From: a bacterium
GTDB taxonomy: Bacteria > Patescibacteriota > Microgenomatia > Curtissbacterales > GWA2-41-24
DNA: 64,000 bases
Assembly: GCA_021813945.1 (NCBI GenBank)
Contig: JAKAJD010000003.1
Location: 109,193 to 173,192, forward strand
Direction: 5' to 3'
Part shown: positions 9,765 through 18,885 of the stretch, one piece after another
How the letters are laid out: every line of letters begins with the position of its first letter
Position numbering within the stretch: the first letter of the stretch is position 1
Made by a program: the position numbers and the translations under genes
The notes under the pieces: generated by a model
What the model was told of the DNA's origin: nothing
Databases searched by the model: none
The model's input: only the letters and a program-made list of their open reading frames with translations

Positions 9765-10469
9765 ATGAGCAATAAATCACTCGAAAAATCTGTTCCGCAA
9801 CACATTGTTATTATCCCTGACGGTAACCGTCGCTGGGCGAAAAAGCACGGATTGGAGCCAATTGAAGGCCACAAACAGGGTTTAGAGGCAGCAATGAATG
9901 TGGTCAAAGGTTCCAAGAACTTAGGTGTAAGAGTACTGACGCTTTGGGGATTTTCAACAGAAAATTGGCAAAGAACTAATAAAGAAGTCGGTTATCTTAT
10001 GCGAATCTACACTGTTTTTTTTAAAAAACACCTGAAGGAACTGGTAAAAGAGGGTGTGAAGTTTAATTGGGTTGGCAGGCGAGATCGGGTGCCAAAGCAA
10101 TTAAGAGAAATTTTGATTAAGCTGGAAAAAGCAACATCCAGAAACAAAAATTACATTCTTAATATTTGTATTGATTATGGCGGACATGACGAAATTATCA
10201 GAGCTGTTAAGAAAGTTTTGAAAAAGGGTGTTAAGCCTTCACAAATTACTGAAGATTTAATTTCCAAGAATTTGGACACGGCTGGTATACCAGATCCGGA
10301 TCTTTTGATTAGGACTTCGGGGGAGAAGAGGACGTCGGGAATCTTACCCTGGCAAACTTCTTATACAGAGCTTTTCTTTTCCAAGCTACTTTTCCCGGAT
10401 TTTTCGATGATTGAGCTTAAGCGCGCTTTAGATGATTACTCCTTAAGGCAGCGAAGATACGGGCAATAA
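9765..10469 (+). CDS. uppS: undecaprenyl diphosphate synthase (cis-prenyltransferase)
   Basis: HIVIIPDGNRRWA, LTLWGFSTENWQR and RTSGEKRTSG motifs. Confidence 0.85.
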   Translation: MSNKSLEKSVPQHIVIIPDGNRRWAKKHGLEPIEGHKQGLEAAMNVVKGSKNLGVRVLTLWGFSTENWQRTNKEVGYLMRIYTVFFKKHLKELVKEGVKFNWVGRRDRVPKQLREILIKLEKATSRNKNYILNICIDYGGHDEIIRAVKKVLKKGVKPSQITEDLISKNLDTAGIPDPDLLIRTSGEKRTSGILPWQTSYTELFFSKLLFPDFSMIELKRALDDYSLRQRRYGQ

Positions 10470-10489
10470 ACCCCCATTGACAATAAATT

Positions 10490-11689
10490 TTGGCAGGATC
10501 TAAACTGGATTCTGTGGTAGTAGAGCATGGCGACGATCGTGGGGTAATAGAGGGAGAAAAACCATTTCCCACAGACGGAATTTTTGGCCTAAAGAACAGA
10601 ATTGACGGACTTTATGATGTCGACAGGGAAATTGCTGCAAGGGTTCTAAGAGTAACTAATTCGTGGGGCAAGACTAATCCACCAGCTTCGATGGCTCCGT
10701 TTTTAGAAAGGGGCTTCGGGAGTGTTGAAAAAGTAGAAAACCAGCCAATCGTTAGAGTTGATGTAATTCCACTTGGTGAGGGAACATTGTTTAATCATTT
10801 AAGAAGCAGAAGGCCGGGAATGTCCTCTTTGGCGGATCTTGATGAGAAAGTTCAGGAGATAATTGATAGTTCACTTGCTAAGGGCGACGTTTTTGCAAAT
10901 CCTTTGGATGGAACTCCTGAATCGACCTGGGGAAGGCTTCAAGGAAACCATTCAGTTACTGCCGAAAATGTTGCCAAGTTTGACGGAGAACATTCTTTGG
11001 TAATTTTTAACCAGCCGCACCCTTTGAGATATGGCAGAGAAGAAGTTGTCGATTACCTGGAAACTGCTAAACGAGTTTGGGATGAGCAGAGAAGGCACGA
11101 TAAAGATGCTGAATACCCGTTTTTGATTTGGCAGGCAATGGGCAAATCTGCATCATCGGTCACCCATGGCCACATCCAGGTTGTTTCTGCAAGGGAAAGA
11201 CATTATCCAAAAGTTGACAGGTTGAGGACTCAGGCGGCTGATTATAAAGATAAATATGGAGCAAATTTTTGGACCGACTACGAACATTTACATGACAAGC
11301 TGGGCCTTATGATCAGAAGAAATGGTTCTTGTGTCATGGCTCACGTTGCACCGATTAAGGAGAAAGAAATTTGGATGTTGGGTATGGATTTTGATCGAGA
11401 ATTTATGAATGACACATTCGATTTGCTAGATGTTTATTTACACAGGTTGGGAGTCAGAAGTTTTACTTTATCTATTGCTAAGCCTCCGATTGCCACTACG
11501 GAAGAAATGCGAAGCAGGGGTGAGGATTGGTCAGAATTTCCTGTACTTTTAAGGTTGGTTGACAGGGGTGACCCAACTTCACCAACCGCTGATATAGGCG
11601 CAATGGAGCTTTATGCGGCTTCAGTTGTTGCTTCAGATCCGTATGATGTTAAACGTGTGCTTTCGGAGCATTGGGGCGAAGCGGCGTGA
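10490..11689 (+). CDS. hypothetical protein; possible GalT-like HIT-superfamily nucleotidyltransferase/phosphorylase
   Basis: GKSASSVTHGHIQVVSA resembles the GalT GAAMGCSNPHPHGQIWA active-site region. The track start is a TTG, so the true start is uncertain. Confidence 0.35.
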   Translation: MAGSKLDSVVVEHGDDRGVIEGEKPFPTDGIFGLKNRIDGLYDVDREIAARVLRVTNSWGKTNPPASMAPFLERGFGSVEKVENQPIVRVDVIPLGEGTLFNHLRSRRPGMSSLADLDEKVQEIIDSSLAKGDVFANPLDGTPESTWGRLQGNHSVTAENVAKFDGEHSLVIFNQPHPLRYGREEVVDYLETAKRVWDEQRRHDKDAEYPFLIWQAMGKSASSVTHGHIQVVSARERHYPKVDRLRTQAADYKDKYGANFWTDYEHLHDKLGLMIRRNGSCVMAHVAPIKEKEIWMLGMDFDREFMNDTFDLLDVYLHRLGVRSFTLSIAKPPIATTEEMRSRGEDWSEFPVLLRLVDRGDPTSPTADIGAMELYAASVVASDPYDVKRVLSEHWGEAA

Positions 11690-11707
11690 TAGAATTAAAA
11701 ATACTTT

Positions 11708-12754
11708 ATGGCAAATTCTCCGCACGAGTTCGATAAATCAAATTTAAGGCAGGCGATAGTCGATGCGCCGAAGCAGTTTGCTGCAGGCTTTGATGTTGCC
11801 AAAGATGCCAAAGTCGATGGCAATTTTGAACGCGTGGTCTTTTTCGGGGAAGGGGGATCGGCTTTTCCGGCTTCATTTGTAAAGATTTTAGCTGCAGACA
11901 AAAGATACGCTTCCGGTAAGTTACCGATAAGATTTATGCAGAATTACACCTACAACATTACGCCGGACAGTTTGGATCGAGCTCTGAATGTCGTTTGTTC
12001 TTATTCCGGTAATACAGAAGAGGCAATTTCCGTTTTAAATCAACTAATAGATAAAAAATTGCCGGTTGTTGGAATTGCGGCTGGTGGGCAGCTTGAGGAG
12101 ATTTGCCAGTCAAATAGTATCACGTTTGTAAAACTACCTATGCCAACGCCAACATTCCAACCGCGGATGGGATCAGGATACTTTGTGGGAGCAATTTTGC
12201 AAGTTTTGATAAACGCAAAACTGGCTGAGGATTTTTCTTCCGAAATTATAAAAAGTGCCGAAGGATTTTCTTCTAAGATGGAAGACTATGAATCTAGGGG
12301 TCAGGATTTGGCGTCCAAAATTGCAGGCAAAACACCGCTTATTTGGGCAAACCAAATGTACAAAGAATTGGCACGGGTTTGGACGATTAAATTTAACGAA
12401 CATGCCAAAAATCCGGCATTTTTTCACTTTTTTTCGGAGCTAAACCATAATTTAATGGTCGGGATGACCCATCATGGGGAAAATTATTTTGCGATTATGC
12501 TCAAAGATCCGGCGGATGACCCTAGAAATCTAAGGCGGTATGAAATTACTGCCGATATTTTAAAAACTTACAATATGGGTTCGGAGATTATAGAAATTGA
12601 GGGATCAACAATTTTTGAAAAACTTTTTAATTCTGTATATCTTGCCGATTTCGCGGCATATTACTTGGCTGAAAAAAACCAAGAGGACCCAACTCCTGTT
12701 GTAATGGTTGAGGAGCTCAAAAGACGTTTGGATCCAAATTTTGGCAAAAAATAA
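11708..12754 (+). CDS. SIS-domain sugar isomerase, bifunctional phosphoglucose/phosphomannose isomerase-like
   Basis: SYSGNTEE SIS motif. About 350 aa two-SIS architecture. Lies in a sugar-nucleotide neighbourhood with glmS. Confidence 0.5.
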   Translation: MANSPHEFDKSNLRQAIVDAPKQFAAGFDVAKDAKVDGNFERVVFFGEGGSAFPASFVKILAADKRYASGKLPIRFMQNYTYNITPDSLDRALNVVCSYSGNTEEAISVLNQLIDKKLPVVGIAAGGQLEEICQSNSITFVKLPMPTPTFQPRMGSGYFVGAILQVLINAKLAEDFSSEIIKSAEGFSSKMEDYESRGQDLASKIAGKTPLIWANQMYKELARVWTIKFNEHAKNPAFFHFFSELNHNLMVGMTHHGENYFAIMLKDPADDPRNLRRYEITADILKTYNMGSEIIEIEGSTIFEKLFNSVYLADFAAYYLAEKNQEDPTPVVMVEELKRRLDPNFGKK

Positions 12755-12756
12755 TA

Positions 12757-13215
12757 ATGGATATTAGGTATGCCAAAGAGAGCGATGAGAGCCAAATACT
12801 TGCTCTTTTGGATCAGTTGATATCGGAAGTTAATTTAAGGGGTGGTTTTACAAAATCTACTGAGGGCGAAACTCCAAGGCGAAAAATCTTCAAAGAAATG
12901 ATGGCCCGCAAGGATACCATCATGATTGTTGCTGAAGAAAAAGGCAAGCTATTGGGTTTTGTTGATTTTTTTATAATGCCTATTGTCAGACGTGGTTATT
13001 ACAACGTGCATATTGAAGATTTTGTGGTAGATGAGTCGGCTCGCGGTAAAGGCGTTGGTACCGCAATTCTTAAAAAAGTGGTTAGCCTTTGCAAGGAAAA
13101 AGGTTTTAAAGTTGTTAAGCTTGACAGCGGTTTGGAGCTTACATCTGCTCACAAATTTTATGAAAAGAACGGTTTCAAATTTACCGAAAAAATGTTCAGG
13201 CTCGATATAATATAG
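12757..13215 (+). CDS. GNAT family N-acetyltransferase
   Basis: Acetyl-CoA binding motif ARGKGVGTAILKKVV...KFYEKNGF. Confidence 0.7.
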   Translation: MDIRYAKESDESQILALLDQLISEVNLRGGFTKSTEGETPRRKIFKEMMARKDTIMIVAEEKGKLLGFVDFFIMPIVRRGYYNVHIEDFVVDESARGKGVGTAILKKVVSLCKEKGFKVVKLDSGLELTSAHKFYEKNGFKFTEKMFRLDII

Positions 13216-13238
13216 CCTATAAGATTCAATTGTGGTAT

Positions 13239-13250
13239 AATTTTAGCCAC
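13239..13250 (+). promoter_or_regulatory. extended -10 promoter (TGgTATAAT) upstream of glmS
   Basis: attgTGgTATAATttt lies about 75 nt upstream of the glmS ATG. Confidence 0.4.
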
Positions 13251-13320
13251 GAAACTTATTCATCGAATGATGTTTGTGAAAGTACTAGCCACTAGTTACT
13301 TGTGACTAGAAACTAATTTT

Positions 13321-15102
13321 ATGTGTGGAATATTTGGCTATATAGGAAAAAGAAACGATGCGGCTGAGGTGGTTTTAGACGGCCTCAAAAAGCTTGAGTA
13401 TCGAGGGTACGATTCGTGGGGAATTGCGGTTTCAAAGTCAAAAGTTCAAGTCAAAACTCAAAATTTAGTAATAGAAAAACATGTAGGAAAGATTGGAAAC
13501 GGGAAAGTTAATTTGCCAAAAAGCAACGTCGGAATAGGGCATACCCGTTGGGCTACACATGGAGGGGTAACAGTTGCCAACGCTCATCCCCAGATTGATT
13601 GCACGGGCAAAGTAGCCGTTGTCCATAACGGGATAGTTGAAAATTTTCAGGATTTAAAATCGGAGCTTATATCAAAGGGCCATAAATTTGTTTCCCAGAC
13701 AGACACAGAAGTGATTGCGCATTTAGTTGAAGAATTTTCCCAAAAAGAGTCTTTTTCTGAGTCTGTCAGGCAAACTTTTCTAAAGCTTGCCGGTCTTAAC
13801 GCGGTGGTTATTTTGGGAGCAGACTCAGGAGAAATTGTTGCGGCAAAAAACGGCTCGCCGCTTATTGCCGGGAAGGGAGTCGGAGAGTTTTTTATAGCTT
13901 CTGATGCTGCCGGAATTATCAAGCATACCAGGGAAATCCTTTTTATTGAAGATAACCAAATGTTGGTTTTAGGCGATGATTTGAGGCTTTTTGACTTGGG
14001 AAGCGGCAAAGAAATGAAACCGCATTATCAAACCATAGATTGGAAATTCGAAGACAGCCAAAAAGGGGAATTCAAGCACTTTTTCCTCAAAGAAATTTAT
14101 GAACAGCCAAGGATATTGGAAAATATGGCGGTTAATTCAACAGATCAAATCGAAAAACTGGCCGAAATGATTAAGGAAGCTTACGGTACTTACTTTATAG
14201 CTTGTGGCTCAGCTTCTTATAGTGCTTTAGCGGGAACTTATCTTTTTTCAAAACTTGCCAAAAAGCACGTCAATTTTGCCATTGGTTCCGAATTTAACTA
14301 CCTTGAGGATTTCATTAAAAAGGGCTCACTTGTAATTCCCGTTTCTCAAAGCGGAGAGTCGATCGATGTAATTCAACCTGTAGCGCGGGCCAAACAAAAG
14401 GGTGCCAAGATTGCCTCAATTGTTAACGTTTTAGGTTCGACCCTTTACAGGGAAGGGGATTTTAAAGTGCTTCTTTCTTCCGGACCGGAAAAAGCGGTAG
14501 TTGCAACTAAAAGTTTAACTGCCATGTTTGCGACAATGATTCTTTCGGCATACTGCCTGATTGGAAAGATTAAAACCGGTCAAAAGTTGATTTTAAAAGC
14601 TGCGAAAAATGTAAGTCTAATTTTAGACGAAAAATATTCCACTAAGATCAAAAAACTTGCAAAACAACTTAAGTCAAAAAGTCATATTTACGTTTTGGGA
14701 AGAGGACTTTCTTATGCAACTGCACTGGAAGCTACTTTGAAGCTAAAGGAGGCTTCCTACATCCATGCTGAAGGTTTTGCCGGAGGAGAGTTGAAACATG
14801 GAGTGATTGCTTTAATCGAAAAGGGAACGCCTTGTATTGTATTTGCACCGAATGACGAAACTTACAATGAGATTATTTCGAATGCGGCAGAAGTTAAGGC
14901 AAGGGGCGGCTTTATTATTGGTATTGGGCCTGTTAATAATCAGGTTTTTGACAAGTGGTTGGAAACCGACGATTGTGGTGAGGCAACCGCTATTCCCCAA
15001 ATTGTCATTTCCCAACTTTTGGCATATTATTTGGCGCTCGGGAAAGGCATAACTGATCCTGACAAGCCTCGTAATTTAGCTAAATCTGTAACTGTGAAGT
15101 AA
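13321..15102 (+). CDS. glmS: glutamine--fructose-6-phosphate aminotransferase
   Basis: N-terminal MCGIFGYIG Ntn-amidotransferase followed by two SIS domains. Confidence 0.9.
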   Translation: MCGIFGYIGKRNDAAEVVLDGLKKLEYRGYDSWGIAVSKSKVQVKTQNLVIEKHVGKIGNGKVNLPKSNVGIGHTRWATHGGVTVANAHPQIDCTGKVAVVHNGIVENFQDLKSELISKGHKFVSQTDTEVIAHLVEEFSQKESFSESVRQTFLKLAGLNAVVILGADSGEIVAAKNGSPLIAGKGVGEFFIASDAAGIIKHTREILFIEDNQMLVLGDDLRLFDLGSGKEMKPHYQTIDWKFEDSQKGEFKHFFLKEIYEQPRILENMAVNSTDQIEKLAEMIKEAYGTYFIACGSASYSALAGTYLFSKLAKKHVNFAIGSEFNYLEDFIKKGSLVIPVSQSGESIDVIQPVARAKQKGAKIASIVNVLGSTLYREGDFKVLLSSGPEKAVVATKSLTAMFATMILSAYCLIGKIKTGQKLILKAAKNVSLILDEKYSTKIKKLAKQLKSKSHIYVLGRGLSYATALEATLKLKEASYIHAEGFAGGELKHGVIALIEKGTPCIVFAPNDETYNEIISNAAEVKARGGFIIGIGPVNNQVFDKWLETDDCGEATAIPQIVISQLLAYYLALGKGITDPDKPRNLAKSVTVK

Positions 15103-15114
15103 TTTCAATCTTAT

Positions 15115-15720
15115 ATGACTGTAGAAGTTGATCAACCAGAAAAAAGAGATTCTTTAGTCCGATACAAACCTTGTATAATTGTGATTTCCGGTCCCACACT
15201 GGGTGGAAAAAGCACGTTGGCAAGAGCGATTGAGGAGAGATCAAATTTTCAAGTACTTGATGGGGATGTTGCTAGAGCTTCACTTTTACCCGAAGGAGCA
15301 GATCCAACAGTAAGACGTGATTTTGGTAGCGAAAAGGCGTCAATGCTATGTGCTTACCGGCTAAATCATGCTATTGCTAGGGAATTACTTGGTCTGGGAG
15401 TGCCAGTTTTGCTTGCCGCTTCGTATTCGCAGGATTATTACCATCTAATGCTTTCCAATCTTAAAGCACAAACCGGTGTTCCTATGCGGGCATTTTATGT
15501 CGAGGCACCGGCAGAGCAGGTTTTTAACCGCCTAGAATCGCGCAATTTGCAAGATCCCATTTCTAACGTAAGGACTCTTGGGGATTACGAATTTCAGCTA
15601 GGGAGGTTTCATCCAATTCAGGGAATTGATTTGGAGAGATTAGATATACATAAACCAATAGCTGAATTGGTAGAGGATGTGGTGAGAGCAACAGCAGGCC
15701 TTCAAGAAGGTGGAATTTGA
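15115..15720 (+). CDS. P-loop NTPase, predicted kinase (AAA_33-like)
   Basis: Walker A ISGPTLGGKSTLARAI near the N-terminus. 201 aa. Confidence 0.45.
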   Translation: MTVEVDQPEKRDSLVRYKPCIIVISGPTLGGKSTLARAIEERSNFQVLDGDVARASLLPEGADPTVRRDFGSEKASMLCAYRLNHAIARELLGLGVPVLLAASYSQDYYHLMLSNLKAQTGVPMRAFYVEAPAEQVFNRLESRNLQDPISNVRTLGDYEFQLGRFHPIQGIDLERLDIHKPIAELVEDVVRATAGLQEGGI

Positions 15721-16238
15721 TGAAGCTTAACGCCAAACAGCTGAGGGTGAGTGAACCTAAACCGTCTGAGCTTAAAAAGGTTAAAAGACGACCGATTTAT
15801 ATCGTTTGCGACAACGTACTGGACACATACAACATCGGCTCGATATTTCGGCTTGCAGAGGCTGTAGCGGCCTCAGAAGTGTATCTGTGCGGTGCAAGCG
15901 AGACTCCGCCTAACAGCCGGATTGCCAAGGCGGCAGTGGGCACGGAAAAGTGGGTTAAATGGAAGCACTTTGGTAGCGCAAAAGCGGCAATTTCAAAACT
16001 CAAATCGCAAAATTCAAAAATAAAAGTAATTGCGATAGAGCAGGGTAATGGCAGTATCGATTTTCGCAAGGCAGACTACAGCTTGCCGGTTGCCTTTGTC
16101 GTTGGGCATGAGACAGATGGAGTTTCAAAAGAAGCATTAGCGCTATGTGATGAAATTGTCGAAATCCCCATGTTTGGAGTAAACATTTCCCTCAACGTTA
16201 TGGTTTCTTTGGCGATAGTACTTTTTAGGGCAATTTAG
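15717..16238 (+). CDS. SpoU/TrmH-family RNA 2'-O-methyltransferase (SPOUT)
   Basis: VLDTYNIGSIFRLAEA and the C-terminal EIPMFGVNISLNV SPOUT motifs. Confidence 0.65.
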   Translation: MMKLNAKQLRVSEPKPSELKKVKRRPIYIVCDNVLDTYNIGSIFRLAEAVAASEVYLCGASETPPNSRIAKAAVGTEKWVKWKHFGSAKAAISKLKSQNSKIKVIAIEQGNGSIDFRKADYSLPVAFVVGHETDGVSKEALALCDEIVEIPMFGVNISLNVMVSLAIVLFRAI

Positions 16239-16243
16239 CTTTT

Positions 16244-16777
16244 TTATTTAGAAACCTCGTAGATTTTGGTTTGGCAAGTAGCTTTGGGCGCTTGTCCTTG
16301 GGGATCTTTTGCGTTTTCCAGGCAGGCAAACAGAATATATCCTGTGCATGTGGCAGTACAACCAATGGGTCTGCCTTGATAAAGATAAATGTAAGGCGGT
16401 TTGTTTAGGGGGTCTTTAGGAAGTTTGGACATGGCTCCAGTTTTAACCATTGTAGATTCTGTAATGTCACCGGGATAGTATTTCTGGTCTTGGGTTCTGG
16501 GTCTTATACTTTCCAATGCTTTTTGTAGATCCTGGATATCTGCTTTTCTTTGTGAATCGCGCTGTTTTGCCTGCCAGGCTTTGTAATAACGCTGGCCGAA
16601 GATTACAGCAGCAGCGATTACCAGAAGAAGGATCAGGATTATTATTATTTTTTTTATTAATCCGAAAGTTGCTTTTTTGGTTTTGGGTGGTTGGGAGTTG
16701 ATTGGGGTAGCTGATTCGGCTTGAGCCGGCTGAGAAGGCTGGATATTAGAAAGCGGATTATTTTCGTCCATTAACAA
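16244..16777 (-). CDS. pilin-like protein lacking a prepilin leader (TM anchor + pilin-type RDSQRKADIQ helix)
   Basis: The TM segment IIIILILLLVIAAAVIF is followed by AKQRDSQRKADIQDLQKALE, as in the neighbouring pilins, but there is no G/FTLIEL cleavage motif. Confidence 0.5.
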   Translation of the reverse strand: MLMDENNPLSNIQPSQPAQAESATPINSQPPKTKKATFGLIKKIIIILILLLVIAAAVIFGQRYYKAWQAKQRDSQRKADIQDLQKALESIRPRTQDQKYYPGDITESTMVKTGAMSKLPKDPLNKPPYIYLYQGRPIGCTATCTGYILFACLENAKDPQGQAPKATCQTKIYEVSK

Positions 16778-16817
16778 TACAATAAGGTATTTTAGGTTTC
16801 AGTTCAAGGAAGCTAAG

Positions 16818-17339
16818 TTAGAAGGGGCAAACTACGTAAGTTGATGCAATATATGCAGGTGGAACTGGAGCTGTCCAACCGCCTGGAGCAGGACACTGTG
16901 TTTGGGAATCGGCAATTTGCAGATCGGCAGTGTTTTCAAAAGTTGCAGTTAAACGGTAGTCAGTACATTGTGATGGCGACCCACAAGGTAATGGAGCAGT
17001 TCCGGGCCCCGGATAATATAGGTAGGCGGCGCCAGTCTGCGGGTCGGTAGGAACATTTTTGATATATGGAGGAGTTGCACTAGACAGACTGCTAGTTGTA
17101 CTACCATAGTATTTAGCTCCAGTAGAATCAGCTTTTTGCAGTTCAAAAGCTTTTCTGATTGCGTCCAAATCCGCTTTTCTCCTGGCGTCGCGGCTTTTTT
17201 GCTGGGCGCTAGTGAAAGAGGCAACAATGAAGGCTGCCAGAATACCAATGATAGTAATTACAACCAGAAGCTCAATTAAAGTGAAACCACGCTTGTTAAG
17301 GGTTTTTGATCTGTTCATAATATCGTTTCTATTGAGCAC
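16818..17339 (-). CDS. type IV pilin / pseudopilin (prepilin-type N-terminal cleavage/methylation domain)
   Basis: KRG^FTLIELLVVITIIGILAAF leader and helix followed by SRDARRKADL. Confidence 0.8.
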   Translation of the reverse strand: MLNRNDIMNRSKTLNKRGFTLIELLVVITIIGILAAFIVASFTSAQQKSRDARRKADLDAIRKAFELQKADSTGAKYYGSTTSSLSSATPPYIKNVPTDPQTGAAYLYYPGPGTAPLPCGSPSQCTDYRLTATFENTADLQIADSQTQCPAPGGWTAPVPPAYIASTYVVCPF

Positions 17340-17844
17340 AGACGAAATAGTAACCGGCAGTTAGTGCAACAGTGGCGGCTGAAATATTACAGCCAGTGCG
17401 GGAAGTACCACTAACTAATGGAGATCCATTATCTCCGGACGGGTCGTTTGTGTTTTCTAATGTCGCTCGTAGCCTAAAGTCGGTACAACCACCATTGGGC
17501 CAAGCAGTTGCATTGCAGGTGCCGGCCCCATTGTAGACATATTGTGTTGATGATGATGATGGGTCTGCTGGTACAGCTTTCATATAAGTTGTAGTTATGA
17601 CTCCCGGGTAAGCTGTCACTGCTTCATTGGGGTAATAAGCTGAACCTTTTGAATCGTTTTTCATAAGGGCGAGTGCTTTCTTGACGGCATCAAGATCCGC
17701 TTTTCTTCTGGCATCACGGCTTTTCATCTGAGCTGATGTGAACGAGGCAACGATGAAGGCGGCTAAAATACCAATAATGGAGATTACAACTAGAAGTTCA
17801 ATTAATGTGAAACCACGTTTCTTAAATTGTTGGACAGGACGCAT
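17329..17844 (-). CDS. type IV pilin / pseudopilin
   Basis: MRPVQQFKKRG^FTLIELLVVISIIGILAAF. Its C-terminus TLENTNDPSGDNGSPLV is shared with the pilin at 18886-19455. Confidence 0.8.
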   Translation of the reverse strand: MRPVQQFKKRGFTLIELLVVISIIGILAAFIVASFTSAQMKSRDARRKADLDAVKKALALMKNDSKGSAYYPNEAVTAYPGVITTTYMKAVPADPSSSSTQYVYNGAGTCNATAWPNGGCTDFRLRATLENTNDPSGDNGSPLVSGTSRTGCNISAATVALTAGYYFVCAQ

Positions 17845-17910
17845 TAATTTAAGCGTATTACTAACGGATAATTCTTGTCAAGAGGTCGAAAAAGGGAAAT
17901 TTGAGGCTAT

Positions 17911-18831
17911 TTAATCCTCTTTTTTTCTCGAAGCGCTAAGAGCATATGCTCCAGCTACAAATGTCAATGTGGCTGCTGCAGCACCAGCACCGATTTCGAC
18001 CATTGTATTCCGTGAAGAGTGGCTAACACTTGTTTTTGGCAAGTTTTCCAGATCTGGTTGAGAGGCGACGCCACCGACGCCAGGAACACGAGTTGGAGTG
18101 GGTGAGGCAGCAATTGGGCCCATCACCTGTACGCTGTCAATGTACTCTAATCCTTTAATGCCAGTTGTTGTAGTGCCACCTGAACCTGAGATACCGACTT
18201 CGATTGTTCCCGATACAGTATTAGCTGGAATTGCTATACCGCTTGGACCGTAGGTCCTTGAAAATTGCTCCCATTGATCCGGACCTTTTGCATGTGCTGG
18301 GCTGAAGGTGTCAGTTCCTGTAACATTTCCGCCTGCGTCTTTCCAGGTGACTTTTGTTTGAGGTTTGACAGTTACGCCTGGCTCTTTTGTTTCATAGGCT
18401 GCGGCAAATTGGTCTGTTATTGTTTGGTCTGGGGTAGCGGAGAAGCTTGCGGTGTATCTTAAACCGTTTGTAGCGAACGTTGTACCATTCGCAGAATAGC
18501 CAACCTCAACGGCACTGTTACCGGTGAAGTCAACTAAGGGTGGGGGATTTCCCGCGCAGTGATAAACTGGTGGAAAGCTCGGGTCATTTACTATCTGGTT
18601 CCAGTCTGGAGGTGATTGCAGGGGGCATGTAGCCGATTCAAAGTCACCTTTTGTGTTCAAAAGATCTGTTTGTGTTTGGGCATTTACATCTACTGCACCA
18701 AGGGCGGCGAGCACTGCTGTTAAAGCTGCGCTAATATGAGGAACTTTGCTTAAATAAGAGCGTCTTTTTCTGCTGTGATTTTCGGTGACTGCTTTTTGAG
18801 ATAGTCTACTTGCTTCGTTTTCTATATTCAT
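17911..18831 (-). CDS. secreted Thr/Gly-rich surface protein with a C-terminal LPKTS + hydrophobic segment + RKKED tail (sortase-type sorting-signal-like)
   Basis: N-terminal signal peptide (AALTAVLAALGAVDVNA). The C-terminus is LPKTSVSHSS...GAGAAAATLTFVAGAYALSASRKKED. Confidence 0.45.
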   Translation of the reverse strand: MNIENEASRLSQKAVTENHSRKRRSYLSKVPHISAALTAVLAALGAVDVNAQTQTDLLNTKGDFESATCPLQSPPDWNQIVNDPSFPPVYHCAGNPPPLVDFTGNSAVEVGYSANGTTFATNGLRYTASFSATPDQTITDQFAAAYETKEPGVTVKPQTKVTWKDAGGNVTGTDTFSPAHAKGPDQWEQFSRTYGPSGIAIPANTVSGTIEVGISGSGGTTTTGIKGLEYIDSVQVMGPIAASPTPTRVPGVGGVASQPDLENLPKTSVSHSSRNTMVEIGAGAAAATLTFVAGAYALSASRKKED

Positions 18832-18885
18832 TTCAACTGGGTATTTTATCTTTAAATCCTATTAATGTCAAAAAACAAACAACTA

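Noticed and set aside
13216-13320. A glmS ribozyme was expected upstream of glmS.
   Set aside because: The leader is only about 100 nt and lacks the conserved glmS ribozyme core. There is only an extended -10 promoter and a short CTAGT/ACTAG hairpin.
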